Positions 42,367 through 53,856 of a stretch of 64,000 nt of DNA are shown here, one piece after another. The DNA comes from the human T2T-CHM13v2.0 reference genome, Homo sapiens. Numbering within the stretch: position 1 is the first letter of the stretch; each line of letters begins with the position of its first letter. The notes beneath the pieces were generated by a model. The model did no database searches, was not told the DNA's origin, and saw only the letters and a list, made by a program, of their open reading frames with translations. The DNA is taken from assembly GCF_009914755.1 (NCBI RefSeq), contig NC_060936.1; one strand, 5' to 3'. A program made the translations under genes and the position numbers.

Positions 42367-44425
42367 ATACACACTATATTTTCTTTATTCACCTATTAAT
42401 TGTCACTTAGGTTGATTCCTTATCTATTGTAAATAACATTGCAATAAACACGGGAGTGCAGATATCTCTCTGGCATACTGATGTATTGTTATTTCTTATA
42501 CCCCATAGTGGAACTGCTGGATCATATGATAGTTCTATTTTTAATTATTTTTGAAATTTAAAAAGTTGTTTATAATTGACACATAATAATTGTACATGTT
42601 TATGGTGGTATACGTAATGTTTCAATATATTATATGAATACATGTGTAATGATCAAACCAGGGTAGCTGGCATATCCATCACCTCAAACCTTTATCACTT
42701 CTTTGTTGTGATAACTTGCAAGATTTTTATTTTTAATTTTTTGATAAATTTCTTTCTCTTTTCCATAATGATTGTTCTAACTTACGTTTCTATCAACAGT
42801 GTGCAAGGGTTCCTTTTTCTCCACATCTTTGACAACAATTATCTTTGGTCTTTTTGTTAATAGAATTTGAGCAGATGTGAACTATTTCATTGTGGTTTTA
42901 ATGTGTATTTCCCTGATGATTGGTGTTGTTGAGCATTTAAAAAATATACTTATTAGTCACTGTATGTTTTCTTTTGATAAATGTCTATTCAGGTATTTTG
43001 CCCATTTTTTCAACCAAGTTATTTTCTTCTTATCAAGTTGTTTGAGCTCGTTATATATTTTGGATATTAACTTCTTATCAAATGTACTGTTTGCAAATAT
43101 TTTCTGCCATTCTGTAGGTTCTCTTCATTCTGTTGATTGTTTTCTTTGCTATACATAACCTTTTTCATTTGATATAACCCCATTTGTCTGTATTGCTTTT
43201 GTTCCCTGTGCCTTTAGGGTCATATTAAAAAGTCATTGCTCAGAGTAATGTCAAGGAGCTTTTCCTCTGTGTTTTCTTCTTATAGTTTTATAGTTTTAGG
43301 TTTCAAATGTATGCCTTTAGTCCATTTTAATTGATTTTTATATATGGTGTGAAATAAGAGTCTAATTTTATTCTTCTGCATGTGGATATCTAATTTTGCC
43401 AATATCACTTATTGAAGAGACTGTTCTTTCTCCATTGTGTGTTCTTGGTAACTTTGTTGAGTGTTAGTTGGCTGTAAATATGTGTATTTATTTCTAGGTT
43501 CTCTGTTCTGCTCCATTGGTCTATGTGTCTGTTTTTATACCAGTACCATGCTGCTTTGGTTACCATAGTTATGTAATATATTTTGAAGTCAGGTAGTGTG
43601 ATACCTCCGGCTTTGCTCTTTCTGCTTAACGTTGCTTTGGCTATATGATGTATTTTCTGGTTCTGCATAAATTTTAGGATTCTTTTTTCTATTTTTGTGA
43701 ATAATGTCATCTGTATGTTGATAAAAATTGCATTGACTCTTGTATTAGTCTATTCTTACACTGCTGGAAAGATACAACCTGAGACTGGATAATTCATAAA
43801 TAAAAGATATTTAACTGGCTTACATTTCTGCATGGATGGGAGGCCTCAGAAAACTTACAATGATGGCAGAAGGGGAAGCAGTCACCTTCTTCACAAAGTG
43901 GCAGGAAAGACAAGAGCAAATGGGGAAGTGTCCCTTAAAAAGCCATCAAATCTCAAGAGACCTCACTCACTATATGAAAACAGCATGGGGAAAACTGCCT
44001 CCATGATACAGATCCCTCCTGTGATGACACATTGGGATTGTAAGGATTAAAATTCAAGATGAGATTTAGGTGGGGACACAGCCAGACCATATCAACTCTT
44101 TAGATCACTTTGGGTAGTATGGACATTTTAATAAAAATAATTTTTCAAATCCATGAACGTGAGTTATCTTTCCTTTTGTTTGTGTCTATTTCAATTTCTT
44201 TTATTATGTTCAATAGGTTTCAGTGGGAAGATTTTTTAGCTCCTTGGCTAAATTTATCCTAAGTATTTATTATTTTTTGTAGCTATTTAAAATAAAACTA
44301 TATTCTTGATTTCCTTTTCAGATCATTTGCTGTTAGTGCATAGAAACTCCACTGCTTTTGTATGCTTATTATTTTTATCTTGAAACTACTGAATTCACTT
44401 ACCAGTTCTAACAATTTTTTTCATT
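41580..44425 (-). mobile_element. Old L1M/L1MA 3' and ORF2 fragments, with (TG)n at 42340-42367
   Basis: Minus-strand ORF2 remnant [14 protein letters not shown]...[12 protein letters not shown]. Confidence 0.75.
43741..44094 (-). mobile_element. THE1/MSTA solo LTR
   Basis: tgtattagtc...ccatatca; perfect TSD actct (43736-43740 and 44095-44099). Confidence 0.9.
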
Positions 44426-45247
44426 TTCTTTTGTTTTTGAGACAGGGTCTTGCTGGGATACAGGTGTGTGCCACCACTCTTTTTTACAGGTGTGTGCCAC
44501 CACTCAATTTTTCCTGCCTAAGCCTCTGAGTCTTGATGGGAGAGGATGCCATGAAGTTCTCTGACATGCCCTAGAGACATTTTCCCCATTGTCTTTGTGA
44601 TTAACATTCTGCTCCTTGTTACTTATGCAAATTTCTGCAGTGGGTTTGTATTTATCCTCAAAAAATGGGTCTTTCTTTTCTAGTGCACCATCAGGTGGCA
44701 AATTTTTTGAATTTTTATGCTCTGCTTCCTCTTGAACACTTTGCTACTTAGAAATTTCTTCCACCTGATACCCTAAATCATCTCTCTTAAGTTCAAAGTT
44801 CAACAGATCTTTAGGGCAGGGGCAATATGCTGCCAGTCTCTTTCTTAAAGCATAGTAAGAATCACTTTTATTCCAGTTCCCAACAAGTTTCTCATCTCCA
44901 TCTGAGACTACCTCACCCTAGACTTTATTGTTCATATCATTATCAGCATTTTGGTCAAAGCCATTCAATCAACAAGTCTCCAGGAATTTCCAAACTGTCC
45001 CACATCTTCCTGTCTTCTGAGCCCTCTAAGTCTCTGGGATGTTTCAAACTCTGCCACATTTGTCTGTATTCTTCTGAGCCCTCCAAACCATTCCAACCTC
45101 TGCCTGTTACCTACTTCCAAAGTCACTTCCACATTTTCGAGTATCTTTACAGCAGCACCCTACTACTCCCGGTACCAATTTACTGTATTAGTTTATTCTC
45201 ATGCTGCTATGAAGAAATACCTGAGGCTTGGTAATTTATAAAGAAAA

Positions 45248-45637
45248 TGAAAGATTCTCCCTCAGGGCCTGAAAGTTCGGGGGAATGAATAACTCCTCCC
45301 TCCTTAGGCCCAGTCCCAAGGTGCAAGGCCACTTGCACCAGCAGTGTGCATCAGCAAGATAGCAGAAGCAGGAAGAGAGCTTGCCGGAAGACACTTACCC
45401 ACTGGAGATCGAGAGAGAGAGGCCGTCTGGGTAACATGTAGCAGTTACATCAGACTGAGACACTTCCTGTTTACAAGAGACTATAAAACCCATGCCCCAT
45501 CCTCACTTGGGGCTGATGTGATTTTAGGCCTCAGCCCATCTGTACCCAGGCGCTCATTAAAACAGTGTGTTGTTCCACCCACCTTGTGTTTTTTGTTGGT
45601 GCATTCTCGGGGTTCAAACCAATACAAGAGCCTTGCA
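45248..45637 (+). promoter_or_regulatory. 5' LTR (MER48)
   Basis: TG...CA termini; TATAAAA at 45482-45488; ATTAAA at 45556-45561. Confidence 0.88.
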
Positions 45638-45639
45638 TC

Positions 45640-45657
45640 AGGTGCTGAAACCTGAGA
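45640..45657 (+). promoter_or_regulatory. Primer-binding site, tRNA-Phe (degenerate)
   Basis: aggtgctgaaacctgaga vs TGGTGCCGAAACCCGGGA: 14 of 18 match, and three of the four mismatches are transitions. Confidence 0.75.
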
Positions 45658-46061
45658 CGGGCTCTGGTCCATGTGCCCTGTGGACCTACCCCTCCACCCC
45701 AGAAAGCAGGCCACAGCAGCTGGACAAAGGAGGCTCCTCAGCCTCCAGTCACCTCTCTGTGCATGCACATTGGTCACTGATCTCACCTACTGGTAAGTTT
45801 CCTGGGAGCCTGGTTAACAGAGATAAATCCACACGGCCTCTCTTGGTTTCTCTGGTCCAGAAATCCAACGTTGGTCCAAGAAGGCTCCGCCGGCATGTGT
45901 GAAGCACTCGCTGATCATCTGGTCTTAGGGGGATGCCTCTAAGCCATTTGATCCCGTTCTAGGAACGAAAAAGGCAGCAGTGAGGATTGCTCTTTTATCA
46001 TCTCCCTGCGGCCATCCAGGAAGGTCTCCTTTTCCTTGTTCTCCCGAGTGTACCCTTTGTT

Positions 46062-47880
46062 ATGGGAAATTCCCTGTCTTCCACTCCAAAGGACAGCCCT
46101 CTAGGCTGCCTCATAAAAAACCTGCAAACCTTAGGCCTCGGGTAAGATATCCACCCTAAGTGACCTGTCTTTTATATTGCAATTCAGTTTGGCCACAGTA
46201 CGAATCGGATAATGGGTCCAAATGGCCCCCAAATGGAACATTCAACTTTACAATTTTAATTGACTTAAGCAACTATTGCTGACGACTGGAAAAACGGGGA
46301 GAAATTCCTTATGTCCAGGCCTTTTTCACACTCAAATTACAACCTGACCTCTGCAATTCTTGCTCACCTATTCAAATCCTCCTTCTCCATCATAGCCACC
46401 CTGAACGCCTTTCTCCTCCCGACCCTACCTCTTTTTCCTGGTTTGATCCAGCAGACTGCTGTCCACCCTTCCCAGCCCCTACCTCTCCCTCTCAACCATC
46501 TTCTTTAATCCCCCAAGCCTTCTCTTTTTCTTCTCAGCTGCCATCTTCCCAGCAGTCATCTTCTCAGCCACCACCTTCCCAGCTGCCATCTTCCCATCCA
46601 GCACCACCTCCAAGAGTATCCACTTCTTTTCCTACACTGTCCTCTCCTCAGGACAATTCTAGCACTGCCTGTACCCATTCTTCTCCCTCATTGCCCTCTC
46701 CTGAGGCCCATAAACCCATCCCACCACCTTAAACCCCTATCTATTCTCCACTGCTTATTAACTCAACCCCCTTTCCCCTTCAAACCCTCAACAGGAACCA
46801 TTTCCAGGTTCTTCCTTCTCTCCCGTCCATACTCACTCAGGTGCCATCTTTGACCCATGCCCCACCCTTACTTCAGCACCTGTGCTAGAGTGCCCCCTTT
46901 GGGAAGTAGCAGAAACTGAAGGTATTGTTAGAGTTCGTGTTCCCGTCTCCCTCACTGATCTCTCTCAAATTAACAAAAGACTCGGTTCATATCCAGAAGA
47001 TCCTACATCTTATATTAGGGAGTTTCAGTACTTCACCCAGTCTTATGAACTAACTTGGCATGACCTCTACATTATCCTCTCTTCCACCCTCACCCCAGAA
47101 GACTGGGACTGTATCTGGACCTTAGCTCAGGCACATGCTGATACAATTCCTCACCAGGCTCCTACCCAGCCTACTGGCACAGAAGCAGTCCCCAGTCAGG
47201 ACCTCCACTGGGGTTATCAAGATGGGGCCCCTGGACACTGCTATCGAGACCACATGATTGTGTATCTCCTTGCAGGACTCAAAAAGGGTGCCCATACAGC
47301 GGTAAACTATGAAAACTTTCAGAAATCACCCAAGGTCCTGATGAAAACCCAGCCCTTTTTCTCTCTCATTTAACTGAAGCTATGAGAAAATATACCAACC
47401 TAGACCCAGCCAGCCTAGAAGGAACCACTATCTTAAATGTTTGATTCATCTCCCAATCCACCCTTGATATCCGGTGCAAGCTTCAGAAGCTTGATGACGG
47501 CCCTCAAACCACACAATGAGACCTTCTTAATTTAGCATTCAAAGTCTTTAACAATCATGATGAGGAAGATAAAAGGCAAAAACAGGCAGAATTTCAAATG
47601 CTTGCCTCTGCCATCAGGGGCCCTGCAGGCCCACGGGGCCACAGCTCCACACGGAAGCCTCCTAGTAATCCACCTCCACCTGGCACCTGTTTCAAGTGCA
47701 GCAATGAAGGCCAATGGTCTAGAAAATGCCCTAACCCAGGTAAGCCCATCAGGCCATGCCCCATCTGCGGAGGGCCCACTGGAAGTCGTACTGTGAGTGG
47801 CTTCTGCAAGGACCACCCCCATCTCTTCCTGAGCTGGCCAAAACCTCCTACTTGGATCTCATTGGCCTTGCCACTGAAGA
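46062..47880 (+). pseudogene. ERVH48 gag, defective
   Basis: MGNSLSSTPKDSPLGCLIKNL; capsid VRVPVSLTDLSQI...YELTWHDL; zinc knuckles CFKCSNEGQWSRKC and CPICGG; stops and frameshifts. Confidence 0.85.
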
Positions 47881-47899
47881 CTGATGTTGCCCTGGAATG

Positions 47900-50800
47900 G
47901 ATGCCCTGGCAACTACCATCTCTTCATCCAAGCCAAGGGTAACCCTGATGGTGGCAGGTAGGCCAGTATATCTTTTAATTGATACCAGGGCAACCTACTC
48001 TGCTTTACCTAATTTTTCAGGACCCACCCAGTCCTCCAAAGTCTCTGTTGTGGGTATTGATGGACAAGTCTCCAAACCCTGAGTCACCCCTCCACTCTTC
48101 TGCTCCCTTCACATCTTTTCCCTCATTCACTCTTTCTTAATCCTGCCCTCATGCCCAACTCCACTCCTAGGCAGAGACATCCTTTCAAAACTCCACACTA
48201 CTCTCCACTTCCACATTCCCCATGGTAACCAACACATCCACCAAGACCCCTCTGGTGCTTCTAGCTTTCTTCTACTCCTCCAACCTCCCACCCTAAAATA
48301 TGCAACCTTTGCTTATCCCCCATCCGTAGTTAACCCTGCTGTTTGGGATACTTCCACACCCTCAGTTGCAAAACACCACACCCCCATCCGCATTACCCTT
48401 AAAAACCCCACCCAGTTCCTTTCACAGAAGCAGTATCCAATTACCCAAGCAGCTCTTGCAGGCCTAAAGCCTATCATTTTCATCTCCTTCCAGTCACCTA
48501 TTCTGCCCAACAAACTTCCCTTTTAACACACCAATTCTACCTGTTAAAAAACCAGATGGAACTTATCACTTAGTCTGGGACCTCAGGCTCATTAACCAAG
48601 CTGTGCTCCCAGTATGTCCAGTAGTTCCTAACCCATACATTTTACTTTCCACAGTTCCCTCCAGTACCACCCATTTTTCCATCCTAGACCTAAAGGATAC
48701 TTTTTTTTACAATTCCTTTGCACCCCAATTCTCAAGACTTCTTTGCCTTTACGTGGGAAGACCCCTACACCCACCTTTGACATCAGCTCACCTGGTGCAT
48801 ACTACCTCAAGGTTTTAGAGACAGCCCCCACCTTTTTGGACAGGACCTTGCCCACGACCTCTGTACCTTATCCCTAAAACTGTCCACTTTCCTTCAATAT
48901 GTTGATGATCTGCTCCTGTGTAGCCTCTCTCAAAGATTGCAACACCCATTTTATATCTTTTTTAAACTTCCTGGCAGAGCAGGCGTATCGGGTCTCCCCT
49001 GAAAAAGCACAAATATGCACTCCCTCAGTCACCTACCTAGGCCTAGCCTTTACCCTGCAAACCCAAGGGCTCAAAACTGACTGCATATCCCTCCTCCAGT
49101 CCCTCCCACCTCTGCAAACTAAGGAAGAAATTCTCTTTTCAAGGATTAGTGGGATATTTTAGGCTTTGGGTTCCCTCCTTCGCTCTACTTGCCAAACCGT
49201 TATACCAAGCTGCTAAAGGCCGTCTCCATGAACCTTTAAACCCTGCACAGCCTATTATCCAACCTTTCTGTCTACTCCAAAAGCCTCTCATCTCAACCCC
49301 CATCCTCACTCCCCCAGACCTCACCAAACCTTTCTCCTTCTATACTGACAAATGATGTGGAGTGGCACTAGGTGTTCTAATCCAGTATAAGGGACCTGCC
49401 CTCCGGGTTATCACCTACTCCCCCAGACCTCACCAAACCTTTCTCCTTCTATACCGATGAACGACGTGGAGCTGCACTAGGTGTTGTAACCCAGTCTAAG
49501 GGACCTACCCTCCAGGTTATCACTTACCTCTCCAGACAGCTTAAAACCACAGTTCTCAGATGGCCTGCTTGCCTCCAAACACTGGTGGCAAATGCTGTCC
49601 TCACCCTTGAAAGCCTAAAACTATCTCTTCATGCCAACCTAACAGTTTATTCAACCCATAACATCAAAGACATGCTAGCTCACCGCAGTGTACTAAGTCT
49701 CATCTCTGCCCCATGGCTCCTCCAACTGTATGCTTTATTCATAGAAACTCCCCAAATCACTGTGCTAACCAGCTCCTGTTTAAACTGGCCATGCTCTTAC
49801 CTGCAGCTACTGCCTCCCAAGACCCTGCACACTTCTGTGTAGACACTGTTCAAACCTTTCTTATACCTTTTCCAAACCTAACAGGCCAACACCTTCCAGA
49901 TGCCTCCTTTATTTGGTTCGTAGATGGCAGCTCCTTCCTATATCAAGGATGCCAACATGCTGGCTATGCTATAGTGCTACGCCCCACACAGTATTGAAGC
50001 CAGTCTGCTCCCCCTAGGAACCACCTCCCAAAAAACTGAACTCATCACCCTCACTCAAGCACTCATGCTAGCAGGCGGACAACAAATTAACATATATTCA
50101 GATTCTCATTATATGTTCCACATAGTGCACTCACACTTGTCCATCTGGAAAGAATGGGGTTTCCTAACTGCAAAAAACACTCCTGTCATAAATGGCTCAT
50201 CAGCAAACTCCTTCAAGCTGCCAGACTCCTGCAGAAAGTTGCCATCATTCATTGCAGGGGCCACCAAACCCCAGACAATCCTATATTGGCTAGAAATGCT
50301 CTAGCAGATAATTTAGCCAAACAAGTAGCCCTACAACCTGTGTAAGGCCAGTTTCTGTCCCTGTCCTTGTTCTCTCCTCTTTACTCCTCAGAAGAAAAGG
50401 AGGACTTCCAAGCCCAAAACCTTCAAAAGCAAGGACCACGGTATGTCAAGGAAGGGTGTTTCATTCTTCCTCACTCTCAAATAATCCCTATCCTCCAAAC
50501 CCTCCACAACTCTTTCCATGTTGGTTACAAACCTCTCTTGCAACTTCTCCACCCTATTCTCACTTGTCCTCTCCTTTCCAGCCGTGTTTGAGAAATTACT
50601 TAGTCCTGCTCTATCTGCCACTCAGTGTCACCCCAGGATTCCCTCTGGCTGCCGCCTTTTCATATCCACCAAGCCCAGGGCCTGGTGGGTAACTATATGT
50701 ATGATGAGAGTTTCTGTTATGACATTTGCACCTTCTGAAGTTGTTGGGAATGCTTCTACCCACCAGGAGAAAGTACAAACAAAGACTAGAAGATAGCAGA

Positions 50801-51220
50801 GCCATTTATAGGGCAGCATGTGAGTGAAATCTACTTGCAAATCTTGCCCGGGTAATCCTCCCCTCCTTAATCCAGACATGATCTTTCATTCGTGAAGCTG
50901 CAAATGAGGTCATGCCTCTCCCTGTTGACACCTCCTTGTCCTCTCAACATAACTGTCTTGCAGGCACAGAAGTATTTATTTGCCAACCTGACCCTCACAA
51001 AAAGCTACAACTGAAGTGGACAGGCCCCTACACTATGATACTCAGCATGCCAACTGCAGTGAGAATCCAAGAACTCCCTCGCTGGATCCATCACACCAGG
51101 GTCAAGCTCACCCCCAAGGCTACTTCTTCCTCCAAAACATTAACAGGAAAGTGGTCATCCTGGCCAATTTCTCCTACCAAGCTTAAATTAACCAAATTTT
51201 TTTTTCTTAGAGCCAAAAGA
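47900..51220 (+). pseudogene. ERVH48 pro-pol, defective, with a duplication and an inversion
   Basis: Protease LIDTRATYS; RT LDLKD, LPQGFRDSP and YVDD (48898-48909); RNase H WFVDGSS and IYSDS; integrase core inverted; C-terminal KWTGPYT. Confidence 0.85.
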
Positions 51221-51248
51221 TGAGGAAGACTAATCACTTGCTTTAGAA

Positions 51249-53070
51249 ATGGCCTATATCTACCCAACTGCCTGCTGTACCTCACTTCCAACCAAAAGTC
51301 TTAATACAGGAATATCTCTCATCACAATCCTAATATTGTCAGTAGCTGCCCTGCTGTCCACAGCAGCCCCTCCGAGCTGCCATGAGTGTTATCAGTCTTT
51401 CCACTGTGGAGGAAAAATGCAACAATCCTTTACTTAACATACTCGTATAGAAAAATCCTGTTATGGAAACTTAATTGAGGAATGTGTTGAATCAGGGAAA
51501 GGTTATTGTAAAGTAAAAAATCCAGGAGTATCTGGCAGTTGTAATGGGACTATATGTCCAAAAGGTAAGCAGTGGCTTTGCTTCACCAAAATTGGACAAT
51601 GGGGAGTAAATACTCAAGTGCTAGAGGACATAAAGAGAGAACAGATTATAGCCAAAGCAAAAGCCAAAACAAACAACTCCCCCCACCACCCACCCAAAAT
51701 CACCCATGGTATTTTCATGCTTTTATACAAAACTACAAGCAGATGTATCCCTTCCCAAGTCAGGAAAAAGCTGTTTGTAGATCTAGGAGAAAGCATCACA
51801 CTTACCATGAATGTGTCCAATTGCTGGGTATGCAAGGGAGCTCGTATGAGTGAAGTGAACAGTGGCTGTGGTATGGGATAGACATTCCCCCTTAGTTACT
51901 AGCATCCCAAAACCCCAGCCTCATTTTCAGTCCTCAGGAACACCCACAGTCCTAGACACTTACGAACCCAGTAAGAGGGGTGGTGTGCATATTCCACAAG
52001 TGGACTGATGAAACCCATCACACTGTAGGTGAAAGCCCCTGTCACCAAACCCTAACAGTCAATGCCTCCACAGCAGAGTGGTGGCCAAGGTTACCCCAAG
52101 GAGCCTGGTCTCCTTCTAACTTAAGCTACCTCAATTGTGTCTTGTAAAAAAAGGCCTGGTACTATACAAACACCACTAACCCTTAAGCTGCATACCCCTG
52201 CCTAAGTGCACTATGGGACAATCCTATGAACACCAGCCTACAATGGATTGCCCCTGAAGGATTCTTTTGGATATGTGGAACCCAGGCTTACTCATGGCTA
52301 CCTTATCACTGGCAAGGTACTTGCTTCCTAGGCATAGTTAAACCTGGATTCTTTTTACTTCCAAAGCAGGTGGGCAACACCCTTGGAGTCCCTGTATGTG
52401 ATAACCTAAACAGAGAAAAACAATCCTTAAAGGTAGGAGGAAGCCAAAGATGGCGAGAGGACAAGTGGCCTCTGCAATGGATCATTGAATATTATGGCCC
52501 TGCCACTTGGGCTGAGGATGGTTCATGGGGTTATCACACTCCCATATATAGGCTAAATAGAATAATTATACTACAGGCTATTCTAAAGATAATCACTAAC
52601 CAAACTGCCTCAGCCCTGGAAATGCTTGCACAACAACAAAACCAAATGCACACGACAACTTATCAAAACAGACTGACACTAGACTACTTATTAGCAGAAG
52701 AGGGTGGGGTCTGTGGTAAGTTTAATATCTCCAATTGTTGTCTTAACATAGAATATAATGGAAAAGTGGTTCTAGAGATTGCCTCAAACATCAGAAAAGT
52801 AGCCCATGTACCAGTCCAAACCTGGAAGGGATGGGACCCGATAAACCTTCTAGGAGGGTGGCTCTCTAATTTAGGAGGATTTAAAACGCTGGTAGAGACA
52901 GTAATCTTCATCATTGGGTTCCTCCTGTTTCTCCCCTATCCCACTGATAATGAAAGCCACTAAAACTTGTTGAAACTACAGTTAACTGCCAGACAATCCA
53001 GACGATGCTCCTGCTACAATGACACAATGGATACCAACCCGTCTCTCAAGAATACCCCAAAAATTAAGTT
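51249..53070 (+). pseudogene. ERVH48 env, Suppressyn paralogue, interrupted
   Basis: Signal peptide MAYIYPT...LSTAAPPSC; TAA at 51435-51437; CWVC at 51822-51833; REKQ in place of the furin site (52412-52423); ISD YQNRLTLDYLLAEEGGVC; CX7CC; TM helix. Confidence 0.88.
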
Positions 53071-53172
53071 TTTCTTTATTCCGAGGTGCCCATGGCACCC
53101 CCTATGTCATACCTGAAGTAGTTATTGAGAAAGTTGTCCCTTTTCCCTTTTCTATAACCGAATAGACAGGAA

Positions 53173-53560
53173 TTAAAGATTCTCCCCAGGGCCTGAAAGT
53201 TTGGGGGGATGAATAACTCCTCCCTCCTCAGGCCCAGTCCCAAGGCACAAAGCCACTTGCGTCAGCAGCGTGCATCAGCAAGATAGAAGAAGCAGGAAGA
53301 GAGCTGGCTGGAAGACATGTACCCGCTGGAGATCGAGAGAGGGAGCCATCAGGGTACCACGTAGCAGTTAGGTCAGACTGGGACACTTCTTGTTTACAGG
53401 AGACTATAAAACCCCTGCCTGCCCTCACCTGGGGCTGACACCATTTTAGGCCTCAGCCCATCTGCACCCAGGTGCTCACTAAAACAGCGTGTTTCTCCAC
53501 ACCACCTTGTGTTGTTTGTTGGCACGTTCTCAGGGTTTGAACCACTAAAAGAGCCTTTCA
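53173..53560 (+). promoter_or_regulatory. 3' LTR (MER48)
   Basis: Direct repeat of 45248-45637; about 54 differences in 390 bp by manual alignment. Confidence 0.9.
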
Positions 53561-53856
53561 GAAAAGAGGTTTAATTGACTCACAGTTTTGCATGGCTGGA
53601 GATGCCTCAGGAAACTTACAGTCATAGTGGAAGGCACTTTTACACAAGGCAGCAGGAGTGAATGAATGCCAAGCAAAGGGGGAAGCCCCTTATTAAACCA
53701 TCAGCTCTTGTGAGAACTCACTCACTATTATGAGAACTGCATGGGGGAAACTGTTCCCATGATTCAATTATCTCCACCTGGTCTCACCCTTGACATGTGG
53801 AGATTATTACAATTCAAGGTGAGATTTGGGTTGAGACACAGAGCCAAATGATATCA

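Larger units (their letters stand above)
45248..53560 (+). mobile_element. HERV-Fb / ERVH48 provirus with two MER48 LTRs, defective
   Basis: Two ~390-bp LTRs, perfect TSD gaaaa (45243-45247 and 53561-53565), Phe-type PBS, gag-pro-pol-env order, Suppressyn-like env. Confidence 0.9.
44506..53856 (-). mobile_element. THE1 MaLR (internal part 44506-45183; LTR 45184-45247 plus 53561-53856) split by the ERVH48 provirus
   Basis: Removing the provirus restores the THE1 LTR consensus tttataaagaaaagaggtttaattgactcacag. Confidence 0.85.

Noticed and set aside
44457-44505. Repeat tacaggtgtgtgccaccactc twice
   Set aside because: Scrambled Alu remnant at a deletion junction; only two units, no array structure.
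44970-45090. About 54-bp imperfect repeat in THE1-int
   Set aside because: Diverged, and as I recall present in other THE1-int copies, so probably inherited from the source element.
52226-52963. 245-aa env ORF as a stand-alone gene
   Set aside because: Internal Met, no signal peptide, mutated furin site and a frameshifted tail; treated as part of the env pseudogene.
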